This document shows positions 1 to 13,705 of a stretch of 64,000 nucleotides of DNA, piece by piece. This DNA comes from Eimeria praecox (lineage: Eukaryota): positions 4,278,001 through 4,342,000 of the forward strand of contig OY986947.1 in assembly GCA_963920595.1 (NCBI GenBank). The letters are read 5' to 3'. How positions within the stretch are numbered: the first letter of the stretch is position 1; each line of letters opens with the position of its first letter. The position numbers were made by a program, and so were the translations under genes. The notes below the pieces were generated by a model. That model did no database searches and was not told the DNA's origin. It saw only the letters and a program-made list of their open reading frames with translations.

Positions 1-129
1 CGCTGGCTTCCACTCCACCATTCCCCTATCACAAAGTTTTGCACTTCGCTGTCTCACTTGTTGAATAGCTACTGAGCCGTCTTCTTGGTAGGACCATCCA
101 ACAGTTTGCTGAGAAGTACGATATGGAAC

Positions 130-3000
130 GTCTTTGTTGAACCAGCAGAACAAGTATGTCCTGATCAGTCAAAAAAGAACATACGGAGCCTCATATAAGA
201 CTGCTGCGGCATCGACTCCCGCAAGATGGATGCGCGCGCTTTGTTCAAAGCATATCGATATTTACCTGATGAGTTGCTCAATCTGCTCTACTTTCGAGAG
301 GCTTGTCCTCTGCATTTCACGCACAGCAAGCAATACGAGACACAATCAACGCTTTTCGAAAATATTGCAGAAATGTGGTGCAGCCAACGGAACCATCGCG
401 TTGATTATGTGACAGTGATGTACCATATCAGGAGGAAAAGACCACGAGCGTGGAACAGCTTCGGTTATAAGGTAGTCCAAAAGAGATTGTGTTCCTCTAC
501 GATGTTTGGCCGACACGTGGAACACGCGCTGAAACAGTCCATGTGACCTGTGTCGCAAACTCCTTGATGCTTGAGAATCAATGAAAATCGTTGCATGCAG
601 CCAGTTCTGCACTCGCTTCGATGTCTTTTGCTAAATGTCAGCACTCACTGAAACTCTCTTTCACGAGCGCGAATCCATTTCGGATGAGACGCTAAGTCGA
701 TCTGAAAATTGCACAGAAACGCAGATGACCAGGTGAATTATTTGATCCAATCCTCCTCCACTGCAGAACCAGGGACCTGCACATCCTGAAAATATTGTAC
801 CTTATTGAGACATAGAACTATAGGGATCGTCGGCGAGTGTCCGTCTGCTTCCCCATCTCTATGAGTCATAGCCAGGCGATGCCGCACTGTCCCTGGGATC
901 CCAGCTTCCCTCATTTCCTCCAGTGATGGGGAGCAGACTATGCCGCTTGTCAGCGCTTCATGCGAGCGAGTTATGGGGTCTTGCAATTGGGAAACTCCTG
1001 ACAACGAGAAAACAACTTTTACATAGTCAGCTTAAACAAGGGCAAGAAGAAAGCGCTTTGCCCAGCGTGCAGTTCTTCGCCCCAGAAGCTCAGATCGAGA
1101 GCCTACTTTGCTGCATCCCTCACAGAGGTGCAGCCGCTTGCCTGCATGATGGAATCCAAATCGGGAGAGGCACGGCTTCGGTGCGATCGAGCGAACGACA
1201 TTGAAGATTTGCTGAGTTGGCCGTTTGACAGTATCAATGACCAAAATCCCCAAGTCCGCGTCTTCCTGAGTGAACCAACTTCAAGAAGTGACACATTAGC
1301 TAGCGAAGTGCAGGTGCATGCCAGCTGACGAATGTTAAAGAGGACTAAACAGAGTGTGGGGTGTTTTCTTACATAGCCTCTCCATGCAGCATTTACGAGC
1401 TCTCTGCAGAACGTCTTCTTGGGATGAGACTCAATAATCCCTGCGTTGGTCATTCAGAAACCCAGCCACAAGAATTTTGTAAGTTTCGCAGCCTCAATCA
1501 GGGAAGGGCTCAATGCGCTCACGCAACTGCGAAATCTTCGGAGGTATCTGTTATTTAGTTGTGGGCGAAGACGCATTCACCACCTCACCCACCAAGAATC
1601 GTACCTGGTGCATCGACGAACACTAATTGGCAGTTCCCTTTTGTCACCATCCCACGAAAATCTGTCCTGTTGGCAGCCAAAGGGGCATATACATGCATCC
1701 AGAGGACAATGCGCCCTCAGGTTCACTACCCTGCGAATTTTCCATTCGGTAGGATTGCTTTGTTTACCTTGTAGTGTTCACCTTATTGGAGACTGCTGAA
1801 ACCGTAACCCCGAGGAAAGCATTTAGCAAAGAGCTTTTCCCTGCGTTTGGAGGACCAATAAGGGCTATAGTAAGCGACCTTGGGTGCTCTGGCTGAAGTG
1901 GAGGTTGCCAAGTGGCGAACTGTGCCTGCGAGCAAAACCTCCACAGTTGTGATCTTACAAGTGAAATGCTTGTTGAAGAGGCCTTTCAAAGTGAAGAGAA
2001 GCAAACAGGTAGGACGATACAAAATTGCTAGGGCTGTTCACCTAGTGGGGTTATAACACGCCAATCGTACCTCAGATGGGACGGGATCTCTCGCGATTGG
2101 CCGAGGAAGCGACGGGCGGCTCGGGGGCACAAAGGACGAGGCTGTAGGGTCGACTGCGGATCCAACGGAGAACCACAACTCAGCTAGTACTGCGCGCTAC
2201 CTACCATATATATAGATTTGACAATCGGAGAAGAAAAGTTGAGGGGTGGACGATGGCTGTCTACAGGCGCCTGAGAGGAAGGTGGACGACAGTAGGTACT
2301 GCTGCTGAGCCGGTTGCAGATGGTTCCCTTACCCGAACCGTATGAAATAGCTGGCTGTGGTGTGTCCACTGCTGGAGCCGTTGCTGGTAAAGGGGGGCTA
2401 AAACCGAGATCACTTCGAGCCTGAGCACAAGAAGAATCTTTCTGCAAGACCTGACGGACGTTAGGAGCATTCTTTCAGCCTCAGGAATGCACAAAAAGGG
2501 CGTACTTGCGTCTACTCCCACAACATTCTATCGGTTTACTCCTTTTAACGAAATCTCCAGATGCCCTCACTTTGTTATATCGGTCCATGATAGAGAAAAG
2601 CCGCGTATGGATCAGTTGCCCTGGGAGCGCTTGGCTCCCAGCAACTGCCCAGGCTCTGTGATAGTTCCTGCAGCATGAGCTCCATTGTAGAAAGCTTCGC
2701 AAACGACCCATTGCCCATGTAGGGGAGGAGGAGCAACCCCTGACAGAACTATCCTTACAACAGGAACGCCCTCCATCTGCTACAGGGGATGGTATGCCCA
2801 CGGTCGTGGAAGTATGGGCTTCACACGCAGCTGCACTTGCAACCGCCGCACGCTGAATTTGTGGTCTGCATTCAGTAGGGCGTTCAGAAGGCGCCTCTGC
2901 TGTTGAACAAGGAGATGCCGGTACAGGCAGCAATCGCCGGAGGGGGCCCCTGCGCCTTAACGTCCACAACTTGGGCGGCCCACGCGTGATCTTGGTTGTA
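130..3000 (+). mobile_element. Possible highly decayed Ty3/Gypsy pol relic (RT-RNase H-integrase order)
   Basis: Scattered, frameshifted motif echoes occur in the expected order. RT-like: YKTAAASTP, CSTFERLV, SFGYKV (190-480). RNase H-like: ELWGLAIGKLLTTRKQLLH (~970). Integrase-like: VHLVGL..TSDG and STADP (2030-2170). Each motif is weak; only the order is supportive. Confidence 0.35.
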
Positions 3001-3821
3001 GCATTTGGGGCAGAATGAATTATCATCTGTTATAAAGAGAAGGTTCTATATGAATCAACCACTGCGCAAACTTAACAGTGGTATCTTCTCCAACAGTTGA
3101 ACGCGCTGCCGACCCAGTCCACATGCGGCAGGCCCAGAAGAGTTCTTTAATATTTCCTGCTAGAAACCACGATATCATATTAAATATTGAATTAATTCCA
3201 GCTAAAATAGCGTTGTGTTTTGTCCACACTTGTGAGTGGGCCCCAGTCGACCTCAGGGACAACACGTCGAGCACTCGAGTGGACCCCACTGAACATGTGT
3301 CCAGGAAGATAAGGGGATTTTTAGTTGGCCTATAATATAGTTTGTAATGTTTGGATATTCTTCTTTAAGAAGTCCCCGTTTCAGAGGGTACTGCTCAAAC
3401 ACCAATTATTGTCCTTATACCCGTGCAACTCGCATGCGCTCCGAGTGCCGCAAAGAAGTTATGAAGTCTTCCTAAAGGAAGTTATTGGACTATGGTTACT
3501 TTATTTTGGATGTGAAAGGAGTGGGCATTCCATGCAAGTTAATAGTTGTGCAAGTCACTAAAACGCCGTAACCGCGCTGCCCCTGGGCAGTTGCAGTAGC
3601 GTTTCAAATTATTAAGTGGCTTCAACAAAAGGAAAACGAGTTTCAAGCTCTAAATTTCGCAAGCACACACCATCAGTGTATGCTTGCCACAAGAACCAGG
3701 TGGCTTTGCCAGTCTGGGAGACTGCGATATCCTCTCCAGCGACCTTGCACAGGCGTAGAATGGATAGCTTGATAGCTGATAGGTAACTATCAAACTGTTC
3801 ATTGTTTACTCCACACATATG

Positions 3822-4507
3822 CTACGAAAGAAGCTTTAGCCCTTTAAAAACTTTTCCAGCACTTTTCCTTATCGGTACAGAGGCCAGTGCGGTAGGGATC
3901 TTTTCTGGTTCTTCTTGCCACAACTTGTGGAAGATTTGGTTTTTCACCAACTTGTCTCGGAGCTTAAGCAGCTCGCACTCATCCGAGACTTGCAGGACTA
4001 CAGTTCTCATACTACTGCCTTGGGCCAGATAATTTTGCGCTTCATCTTTGCTCTGATCCATGGCCAGCCCCAGCGCATCCACCCTGTAGCGAAGAAGAGA
4101 CACAAATGCACAGCATAGAAGCCCTCAGGAGAAGCCTTCCTTGCCCAAAAGCTGTACCTGATTCGTGGAGAGGGTTGATACGGCATAATAGCAAACAATT
4201 CATAGTTGGACTTTTCCCTGTGATGGTCGCAGCAAGCATCTGGTTTTCGCGTTGGCTGTTGCTTCCATATGGCTATGGCGGCATGGATTCGTCCTAATCT
4301 GCTTCAGTATTCTCTTAAAAGGGATACTCACGCAGCGTGACAGGCTTGCGCCACAACTGCCCCCAGAGGCCACTGCAATGCAGAAGCCAAGTCTCGGCGC
4401 ACCACCACGTACTGCACTAGGGGGTCGCTTTCTCCAGAAGACGATGTTCCCACAGCAGGTGCATCGGCGGGCGCATTTTCTGTGGGTGGGTTGTCTGGCT
4501 TAAGCAT
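3822..4507 (-). CDS. PTRHD1: PTH2-superfamily peptidyl-tRNA hydrolase, PTRHD1-like (2 exons: 4507-4332, 4083-3822)
   Basis: LVQYVVVRRDL...WPLGAVVAQACHAA is spliced in phase (GC|GTGAGT ... CTACAG|G) to ...MRTVVLQV...HKLWQEEPEKIPTALA, matching PTH2-family motifs. Confidence 0.85.
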
Positions 4508-7419
4508 TATAGGAGACTCTGTGTGCACAGCACGTGCCTGTGCAGGGGTATAGAGAAGAGGTGGTCCTCTGAAACGTGTGTAGAAATGCAGGCACGATTG
4601 AAACTCGCTGTTCAGGTTTATTACAACCTGAGTCTTGTCAGCCCAGCAAACTGGTGGAAAGTTGCAAAACGATAAGAAGGGGGCCCCTGTGTCGGCAGGG
4701 GCTGGCGGATCACTGAGTCGAATCCACCGGCCACCGCTTGTTCCTTTCCCCCCAAGGAACGCACTGACTGATTTTGTTTTGATCCTTCTCTTGTGCAGGT
4801 TTATCGCCTGCAAACCGCGAAGTTTGCAAATGTGGTCTGCATGCGTCTTCAGCAGACAGGACGGCATCGACGCTCCTGTAGCCTAACAACGCCAGCCCCT
4901 GGATAGCCGAGATATATAAGATTTCATGGATTCGTGAGTATACAAATAAAGCACATTTGAAGGCGCCCTCAAGGAATAAATGAGCGGTGGACGGTTACCC
5001 GCTGACCGTTCGGTACGTAGGCGCAGAAAAGCCCAGAGTGCCCGCTCGGCGGTTGTTCACCGCTTCAGGCTTTGATGGGATTCGCGCAACATAGAATCTA
5101 AATAGAGTTCTGCACAGGAAATCAGAAGATTAACAGAGATTAAATTGGGTTTGTTGGTGGAAATTTCACAAGCCGCCGGCTTCAACGTGCCAACACACAA
5201 CGGATTCGCATCGTTGCCGTTCCTCGTTAGCTGTGTTTTCTGCACTGCATGACCACTTTAAAATGCCACACAAAGAAGCACACATCTTGACAAACCAGCT
5301 ACTTGGAGCATCAGATCATCACTTATTTGCTCTTTGAGCTGTACATAACCCAGATGTGCATTGTGCAAGTCGCTGTCGATGCCTCTGCACACATCTGAAA
5401 ACTTGTATTCATAGCAGCCGTGCGGCTGTCCCTATGAGGGAGTATGGATTACTGAATTTGCTTTGTTCCGTACAATTTGCAGACGAGAGGACAGTGTAGT
5501 GCTGCCTGCCGCATTTTGGAGCAACACCTGGCGGTTGACGGTTTGCGTAAAGTTGCATGTCTTCCGTGGTCCCTGCGTGTATCGACAGATTTAGAAGCAC
5601 ATTATTGTTCAACCGAGATACAACGGCTGTGCAATAGCCTACACTGCCTAGCCTTCAATGCAACTTCCGATACTCAACCGCGCAACCGGTCAAAGCGCGT
5701 CTCTCCTGTTGGAATCTTGGCAGCCGGAGATAAGTGCCTTCGCGCTTGGCAGCGTAGAATTGGCATGCACGGAATCGTTCGGCATGCGTTGCTGATAATG
5801 CATGCAGATCAGGTTTCCTCATACATCACTTGCTATAGTGGCGTTCCTTGAGCAAGTGGAGTTTGCTGAACGAGAAAGCTCTAGTCAAGATGATTTTAGG
5901 TTTTCTTCTTCTTGGTCCACCTACTCATTTCCGCCTTTCAGCGTGACTAGGCCGAGAAGGTTGGGACGTAAAAAGAAAAATGGAGGCAAAGCGGTTTGTT
6001 ACTGCGTCAAGGCGCAAGAAAGACGTGGTGTGGCGTACATGCAAACCCGCCAGTTCTTGTGCTGCAGGCATCTGGATCTCCAGAAAAAGTGAGCCTTTTC
6101 CAAATAGCTTCTCATAAGACACTAGGGCTTGAAAAAGCAACTTGATTTTCTGCTTTAAACTACGATTTTGGAGTGCCCTTAAGGGGAAAGTACACGTCAA
6201 TAGGAGAAGCAGTCCGAATATCCTCGCTGAGCAGCAGCATATGGTTGCCCTTTAGCGTTTGCCGCATCGAATGCAAAAACAAAAAAAAAATGCCAGAGCC
6301 CTTTCCCCTTCTGTTTTACAGAAATCAGTACTTACACAGCCAACTTTGGCGCAGCGGACGTGCAACTGCGCCTGTTTCATTGTCGGAGACCCAACTATTA
6401 TTTAGTTGTGCCGACAACGTTGGTAGCTTTGTTCGGTGCGCTCATGAATTACGGCCCACGCTACATTTCTCATTCAATTGATTTCGCATCGCCTCCAGTT
6501 CCTCGCCGCTATGTTTGCACCCTGGATATAGGCTTGCCGACTACCATTGGGCTTTTTGATGAAGGACGCTTTCGTTCTGGCAGAGGGAAGTAGCGAACAG
6601 CTCTCATGGGGGTGTTCCTCTGTGTATGGAATCTCCATCTCAGAGAAATCCACTCAGGTGGACAGAGGTTTGGGCCTTAATGCGAGGGCAATCGGGGTGT
6701 GAATGTCAAAGTAGAAGTAATTATATGCAGGGTTGGTGCAGCCCGCATGTCGCCGCCAGGATTTGCAACAGCAGCACGTTATCAGCAAACGCACTGAACT
6801 GCCAGCTAGCCTGAGAATTATGTAGCTGCGCATCTCGAGTTGCCCCGAGCGCCTGTAGGTTATTATGCGACGGTCTCTGCAAATTAGACTGTTTAGCGTG
6901 CACCAAGCGACTGTCACTTTGCGTTTGCAGTAAAGCAAAATCGGCTGTGTGAAATACTGCCAGCAAAAGTGCCTCTGTCTATGCCAAGTTTAACACCATG
7001 ATAGGTAGGTTAAAACGACTGGAGAATCCCAGTGAGCACACGCGGCAACCAGCTGTGCCTTTTTGTCAGCAACCCAACATACTCGATAAACTCCCTGTTT
7101 CTCTTTCAGTTTGTTTCTTCAAATGTGACAAGGAGAACACTAGTTGTTACTGAACTATGATGACACAGTTGAAGTTCTCCAGGTTGTCCATCACTTTGCA
7201 TCCGTACGTCTAACGGACACATCGGCCAACTGTTCCTAGTCACGCCAGCAACACAAGCCACCAAGACTGCCTGCATGCTTGCACGCAGACTCTTAGTTGA
7301 CTATTTCTGATGCTGTCTAGAGGTCCCCTTGGCAGTACTAATTGCTGCAGACCGCTTGTTAGCCTGGACGAACTTCCAAGCCCAGTAAGCATGGGGCAGC
7401 AAGCTGCAAAAGCTGCAGT

Positions 7420-10186
7420 TCAACGACGCTGGGTATTCTTTGGTCGAGGACGAATATCCTCTTCCTTCATCTACGAACGCACAAAGCACAAACACTCCCT
7501 ACCGTTTATCACTGTTGCACCCTGAAAGGCCAATGGGCTAGATTAGTGCTGCTATGCTTAGATGTGATGGACAGGCGATATACAGCCACTGCAAATCCTC
7601 ACCGCATGAATATAAACGTGGTGTCCCTTGGCCAGCTCCTGCTGGTCTGGGCCCTGGACACATTCACACGAAGCGATAGGCAGCAGCGATGCTGTAGTTT
7701 ATTAAGGTGCGCCAACCGCAGGGCAGGGAGGCCTGCAGGAGCCCAATGGCGTCTGTCTAATGGAGACCACGTGACTTGCCTTGCTCCAGTCGTATGATAC
7801 TGCGTACGCCAGGGCTAGAGACGTGGGGTCGTATTTTAGATCAGCAATCGGTGCGCCGGCAGGTTCGAAAGTCTTCAGCCTGGCGCACACAAGAAGTCAG
7901 AACTCAATCGGTCACCGAAAACCATGAGAAAAATACAGCGAAAGAATGCACCGAGGAATTCTGAACTATCTACGAGTATCCCCCTTGCTAACAAGCTTAG
8001 CTCAACGGCGGCAGAAGACATACTTTTGTCTTGATTCTTTGTCCCAGCAGATAATAACTCCATCAGATCCCTGAAATCAAATAGTTCAGTAAACAAGTTG
8101 TTGTTCAGCCATGAGACACTCCGTGTCCTTGACACATTTCAAACACCTGTCCCACTCGTGGCGTTCTTGAGAGCTAATTTTATGCTCTCCACCCAAGCCC
8201 CAAAGCAGCCAAATTTCTAAGAACTTACGCCAGTGCTAAACGACTTCAGCTTGCTGAAAGAAATCGCGTTTACAGAGAATATCTGCAGCTGCTGTTGCTG
8301 AACCTCTTGGCGGTGGCACCGGTAGCTGAAGTCCATTGGTCTGCAAGGCATGCACCAACCGGACAACCCCATGCACCTCACTCAGGGGAATCTTCACTGC
8401 TTCGAAATTAAGCCCTCACTTCTGAAGCACAGCCTACTGAACAAATACCGTAACCAAAAATAAGCCCTAGGGTGCATGGCAGTTCGTGCCTCACCGCTGT
8501 GATTCCTTTATGAACAGGATGCTGCATCGCCCCTCTACACTGCCAATCGCAACCCCTGGAGACTGTGAAGCGTCGTCGGGAAAGAACGCTATAGAACGCG
8601 TCTGCATTTTCTGGTAATTGGAACCCAACTTTGTAATAACGGGTAGAGAGGCGGCTGCCGCTGCACTCGGAGTGTTTACAGCAAAGGCCGTCTGGCCCTG
8701 CCGTAGCAAAAGGGGAACATTTAGGACCACACAATCGCGGAAAGTGTCACAGATTCCTAAGAAACAGTCGTGGAAAGCTGTCTTGCATATCTGTACACAG
8801 GAAAGAACAGCCAGTTACTCCGCTCTCATCATCGAATTTGCTTCAAGTGCCGCATCTGATTTTGTGGTGAATAAAACAAGTGAAGCTGCTATGCAACTGA
8901 CACAATTTGAGCTGCCTTGCAACAAGAACTGCAAGGCCAGAAAATGAGAGTTAACGTATACTGAGGAGGCGTAGACTTATGCGATTCATACTTTAGCGCC
9001 AACATTCTGTTGCCAAACCGGGTTCGGCTGCTTCCCGTCCCACATCTTCACGCCTCCATCCCAGCTTGCTGCACGCATAGAACGTAAGAAACCCTACTTG
9101 CAAACACGTCTGCGCCACAGTTTCCAAGGTACACGGGGCTGTTCAGGAGCCGAATACCAAAGCTTGACCTATTACCACTCGAATAAATTCAAATGCACGT
9201 GCTTAGCAAACTTCGTGAACAGGCAGCAGACTTTATATCGTTTGCAAGAGAAAGAGATAAGCGGCACAGTGAAGCGACTCACTGCTGATAGCTAATCTGT
9301 GCGTGGGATCCCACCCAACAAAATTTACAGGTGTGTCGTGCTGCGAGTCAATCCCCCAAAGGCACACGCAGGCACACACACACACACTGGCCTGCCCCAA
9401 TACTTCATTTAGTCCAACAAGAACATGCGCTGGCTGCTGGAATTAGCGGCACCAATATACCTAGCCAAAGCTTATGAACTGCGATACTCGAGCCAGGGCG
9501 TCCGTCTCACCTGCCCAATGACTTGTCCCGTGGTTCGGCCGCTTATCAGGTCATAGGCCTTGACCTGCTTGTCACATCCAGCTGTAAGAAGCATCTGTGT
9601 GGTCTGCAAGCAACCAACCGGAGAGGCAAAAGCACCAAATAGCACAATTAGGGATGCACAAGTTAAAGGAGGCGCCGTTGCAGGCAAGGCAAACCGAAAG
9701 GCTCCACTGCATTTGGTGGTCTATTAACTTACGTCGCCGAAGCAGCAAGAGAGAATGGGAGCAGTCTCCGTAAAGAGAGACTGAGGGTTTCCCTTATATA
9801 TGACTTGACCGTTGGTGCCAAATGCCGCCGGCTGAGTTGTGATTTGCCACACTCGGCATGTTCGGTCCCAGGAGGCACAGGCAAGAGCCTTTCCATCCCG
9901 TGACTGAAAAACAAAATAATAACGCAATTTAAGTCACACGCATGCAAAAATATACACGCTGGACCCCCACAAAATTTGCCCCGTGCGCAGCTTGCCGCCC
10001 AGCGAAAACCTTCGCCCAGCGAAAATACGCGAATGCCACACCGTACAGTAAATAATCAAATGAAGTCAGGCGTACCCATGCCAGCTGAGACACAGAATCT
10101 GATGGTCCATTGGGAAGTTCTGTTGAGTTCTGTTTTGAGTAATAGTTGGCCGATTCCGTCGTGGAACGGCCGAAGCCAAATGCCAT
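7420..10186 (-). CDS. RAE1: Rae1/Gle2 WD40 mRNA export factor (multi-exon)
   Basis: Exon peptides PSDSVSQLAW, ACASWDRTCRVW, TAGCDKQVKAYDL, ASWDGGVKMWD, SPGVAIGSVEGRCSI, FSYRCHR...FSVNAISF, GSDGVIICWDKESRQK, AYAVSYDWSK, ending EEDIRPRPKNTQRR* (TGA at 7420-7422). Confidence 0.9.
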
Positions 10187-11254
10187 TTTCTGGCTTCCTG
10201 CAGCTTGGCGCCGAACAAGTGTGAGAAGTTCCGCAAATCGGTTTGAAAACGGTTAGGGCCTTATCTCTAAAGCTCCGCCCGTTCTCTTGCAACCAGCGCT
10301 TGCAGGTTTAAGATCGTGCTGCTTAAATGCAGCTGTGCAGTTTCACTTGCGGTGCTTGGCTAAACTCCGAGCGTTCTGCTGTAATCTTTAGTCCATAAGG
10401 AGCTTCAAACGCCAGCAAGCAGATAAAAAGTATGCCATGGATTCCCTTTGGATTCCAGGAATCGAAAGAATCTGGGATGTGACGGGTTCCCACTGTGCCA
10501 CGGGGCACCGTCTAAGAGCGCCTCTTGCAGTGTTGTGGGTTCTCCCTTAGTCCCCCTCCAGCCTCGTGTGATGCGCTTCTAAAACTGCTAAGGATCGCGG
10601 TTCCTTTAAAGGGTACGTTTAGAAGAAACGATGAAGCGAATCGGACGCCAGAAAATCACAAGAGCACTGGGGCTGCTCCCCTCCTCCGCATGCTGGCGAT
10701 CCCTGGGCAGTTTAAGGGATTTCGGGCATCACACCCCATGGAGACACTTGATTCCTTCCACCGTTGAGAATTTCAACAGGTGGGAAGGGCATGGGATGGG
10801 GAGTCCCTCATGCCAGCCCAAAACGACGTCTGAGTGTCTGCAAGGTGGAACGCCGGAGGCAAGGCCACAGTAAATGGCGAGGCAAAGGCTAAAAAGAGAA
10901 TTGTTGGGACTGAAAGAGGAAGATGGCGCAACACAGAGATATAACATACTGCAGTGCATGCCCACCAGGGACAAGGGGGCCCGCTCTTGCATGCGCCGTC
11001 GCCGAAGACCTGTTCTCACAGACGGTAACAATCGGTCTGCCGTTTTGTCAAAAAGAACACTTGCTTCTAAAATATTACGTTATCGTTTCATGCAGTGCTG
11101 TAGGTTTCCCTTAAGACGCTCAATTGAGCCGCTGCATCCCAGCGAACTCCCTGGTCATATTTGGCCATCCTGCACTGCGGGCGGGGCTGCCAAAGACCGT
11201 GCCTCTTCTATCTACTTTTGAATTGAAAGATTGCTTGAGTAGGGGAGTGGTGAG

Positions 11255-13705
11255 ATGGCTTCTCTTGTGAGTATGCGGCCGCTTGCCGCCCCGACGGAGG
11301 CAGCATGCTGCCTTGCCAAGGCAGCGGCGGCTTCTCGAGCACATAGCTGGGCTCAACATGCGTTTCAGCGCAGCAGCAGAAAACTTACTGTCACCTTTCT
11401 CATAAACCTCCCTTGGGGGGGGACTTCTGTTGCCTCCGTGCCCCTAGAAGATCTCCCTCTCCTCAGTGCCTCTGAGGCGCAGAAGTTGGCAGCCCTGGAC
11501 AATGGCGCATCTGCTGTCGAAAGGCTTGCCACCTCCACTTCTGTCCAGGCTTCTGCCTGTGGTCTGTATGTGCCGGGTCACTTTCTTCTTTCGTTCGCTG
11601 CAGCACGCGCAGGCTTCCGTACGCCTGAGGCAGCGTCCAAGCTGCGCCTGGTCGTGCAGGAGAAGGATGTCTATCCACACACATGCTTGCCATTAGAAGC
11701 AATTATAGGGGCCGAAGCAGGGGTTGCGTTGGCTGTAGATCGGGCCTTTGCCTCACCCGAGGCAGCCGAATCGAATACAAAAGATACGTCGCCTGGCGCT
11801 GCACTGTGCACGCTATGGCTGCTCCTGAGGCTGCCAGGAGGCAAGGGTGGTTTTGGGGCACTGCTAAAGAAACAGCGGAGGACGAAGAGGGCAAATTTCT
11901 CCGTTGATGCATGCAGGTGGGTACAGGGTAACAGCGCCTGAAGTGCCACAAGTCTTTGTTTTGTTTAGTGGAATGTGTGCAAGTCTTGCAGTGGTTGCTG
12001 CCTAAGGTATCCCCTGTATACTTCTGCTATTTTTGCATGTTTGTTTTAATCTCTTAGAGATCTAACTGGAAGGAGGATCAGACAAGCACAAGTGGTGACA
12101 CGCATCAAAGCGTGGATGGAGAAGAAGAGGAAGGAAGATGCTCTAGTAGCAGCACTGACACAAGGCGCGCCCGAAAAGGTTCCGGTGGGTATTCACAAGG
12201 GCCCAAGAACTCTCTTTATGTTCCGTTGCATGTTCTTCTCTCCCGTGTAACGTTGAATATGTGAGGGATGCCTTCACAATATGGGGAATGTTTGCTGTCT
12301 TTCTCTTCCTTCTGTTTTATCTGTGAAGGAGGCCAAGCCAACTGTCGCCCTAGATGATGCATTTATGTCCGAGCAGCTGGCCTGTGCATCTGAGGCTTCT
12401 TCGATTGTTGCTCAAGGCCTGAAACAGCAAGAGGAATTGCGGTGCGTCCCATTTCGATTCAAGTTTGGGGGGGGCAGACGGGAGGGGTGCATAAGCTTTG
12501 TTTTCTGCAACCACCCACGAAGGGGGGGCTCTTCTCGTGGAGAAATGATGTTCATGCATGGCGTGCCGTTGTTAATACTGCTGGGTTTCTCTGCAGAAAG
12601 AAATTGGAGCAGGAACAGCGCAGACGAGCTGCAAGGCCGCAGAACCGTGCATTGTTCTCCCAGCTGCGTGATGCTGTAGAGGTCGACAGCGATGATGAAC
12701 TGTGGTCCGATACAGATGCTGGCGAACCGTGCGAAGAAGTTGAGCACGACAGTACCACCAGCAGTAGCAGAAGCTCATCATCCGATACCTTCAGCGCTGC
12801 CGCCTCTCAATCCAGTGCCACCGCTGCCGTGAGCAGCAAGCGTACTCACGGTCGGACGGCTGCCACTAGCAGCAGGAGTGCCCTCGAAATCTCTTCAGAT
12901 GCAAGTAAGTCCAAGCCGGGCCCTGCGGGCGACATCTCCGCAAAGAAATCTACAACCGAGAGCCCTAAAGCTGACACAGCAGCGGCGGCACTCATGCAGC
13001 AGCTGGAGCAGATGCGCTTGAAGGCCTCTGCCGAACGGGAGAAAGAGCTCCAAAGACAGGCAGAGGCTGCGGCTGAAGCAGCTCGGGCAGCGGCTCTCGC
13101 GGAAAAAGCTGCAGCGGAGGCAGCTGAAAAAGTGGCTAGAGAGGCGCAGCAGCTGGATGTGAGCCGCTTCAACACCGCCGAAGAGCTTGCAAAGGCCGTA
13201 GATGCGGCAGGTTAGTGTGTCTTCATATGATGCACCCATTTCCGTTTATTCTCTTGACGGCTACAGTAGTGCATGCATAATGTTTCATCCGTTTCTTCTG
13301 TTTATTCGTTATTGCCTTGATGTCCTTTCTATTGTTTGCCGCGTACGGTCCAACCAGCCGTGCATAGATCTTGCCTCGTCGCCTTCTTGAGGATGCTGCG
13401 TGTGTGGCTGCAGTGGTGAAGGAGAAACTGAGGCAGCTGGGTTGGAAGTGTGGCGGAAGGCCTGAGGAAAGGTAAAAGGGTGACAAATTTGGATGAAACG
13501 TGCTCGAATCTCCTGTTGAGCACTGAAAGCAGCTTCTTGCATTCCTGCATAATCGTTAGCTTGCGTTGCTATCGAGTGTTCTGTTCTCTTTGTCTTGTGC
13601 TGTCTCATGTATTTTAGGGCAGCTCGTCTTTTCCAGCTGAAAACGGTGGACCTTTCCAACGTGCCCAAAGCGTTGCTCGCAAGGCCCCCTTCGCGAATGG
13701 CCTGA
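11255..13705 (+). CDS. SDE2: SDE2 splicing/replication-stress regulator (ubiquitin-like N-terminus, C-terminal SAP-like domain)
   Basis: Hallmark LRLPGG|KGGFGALLK ... NFSVDACR|DLTGRRIR, and C-terminal KEKLRQLGWKCGGRPEER|AARLFQLK. Stop TGA at 13703-13705. Internal exon boundaries are approximate. Confidence 0.88.

Noticed and set aside
3140..3230. AT-rich patch as a possible organellar insert
   Set aside because: No recognisable match to mitochondrial or apicoplast genes from memory.
5680..6090. SLAIVAFLEQV and nearby RNase H-like wording
   Set aside because: Too weak, and no ordered supporting motifs that I can defend.
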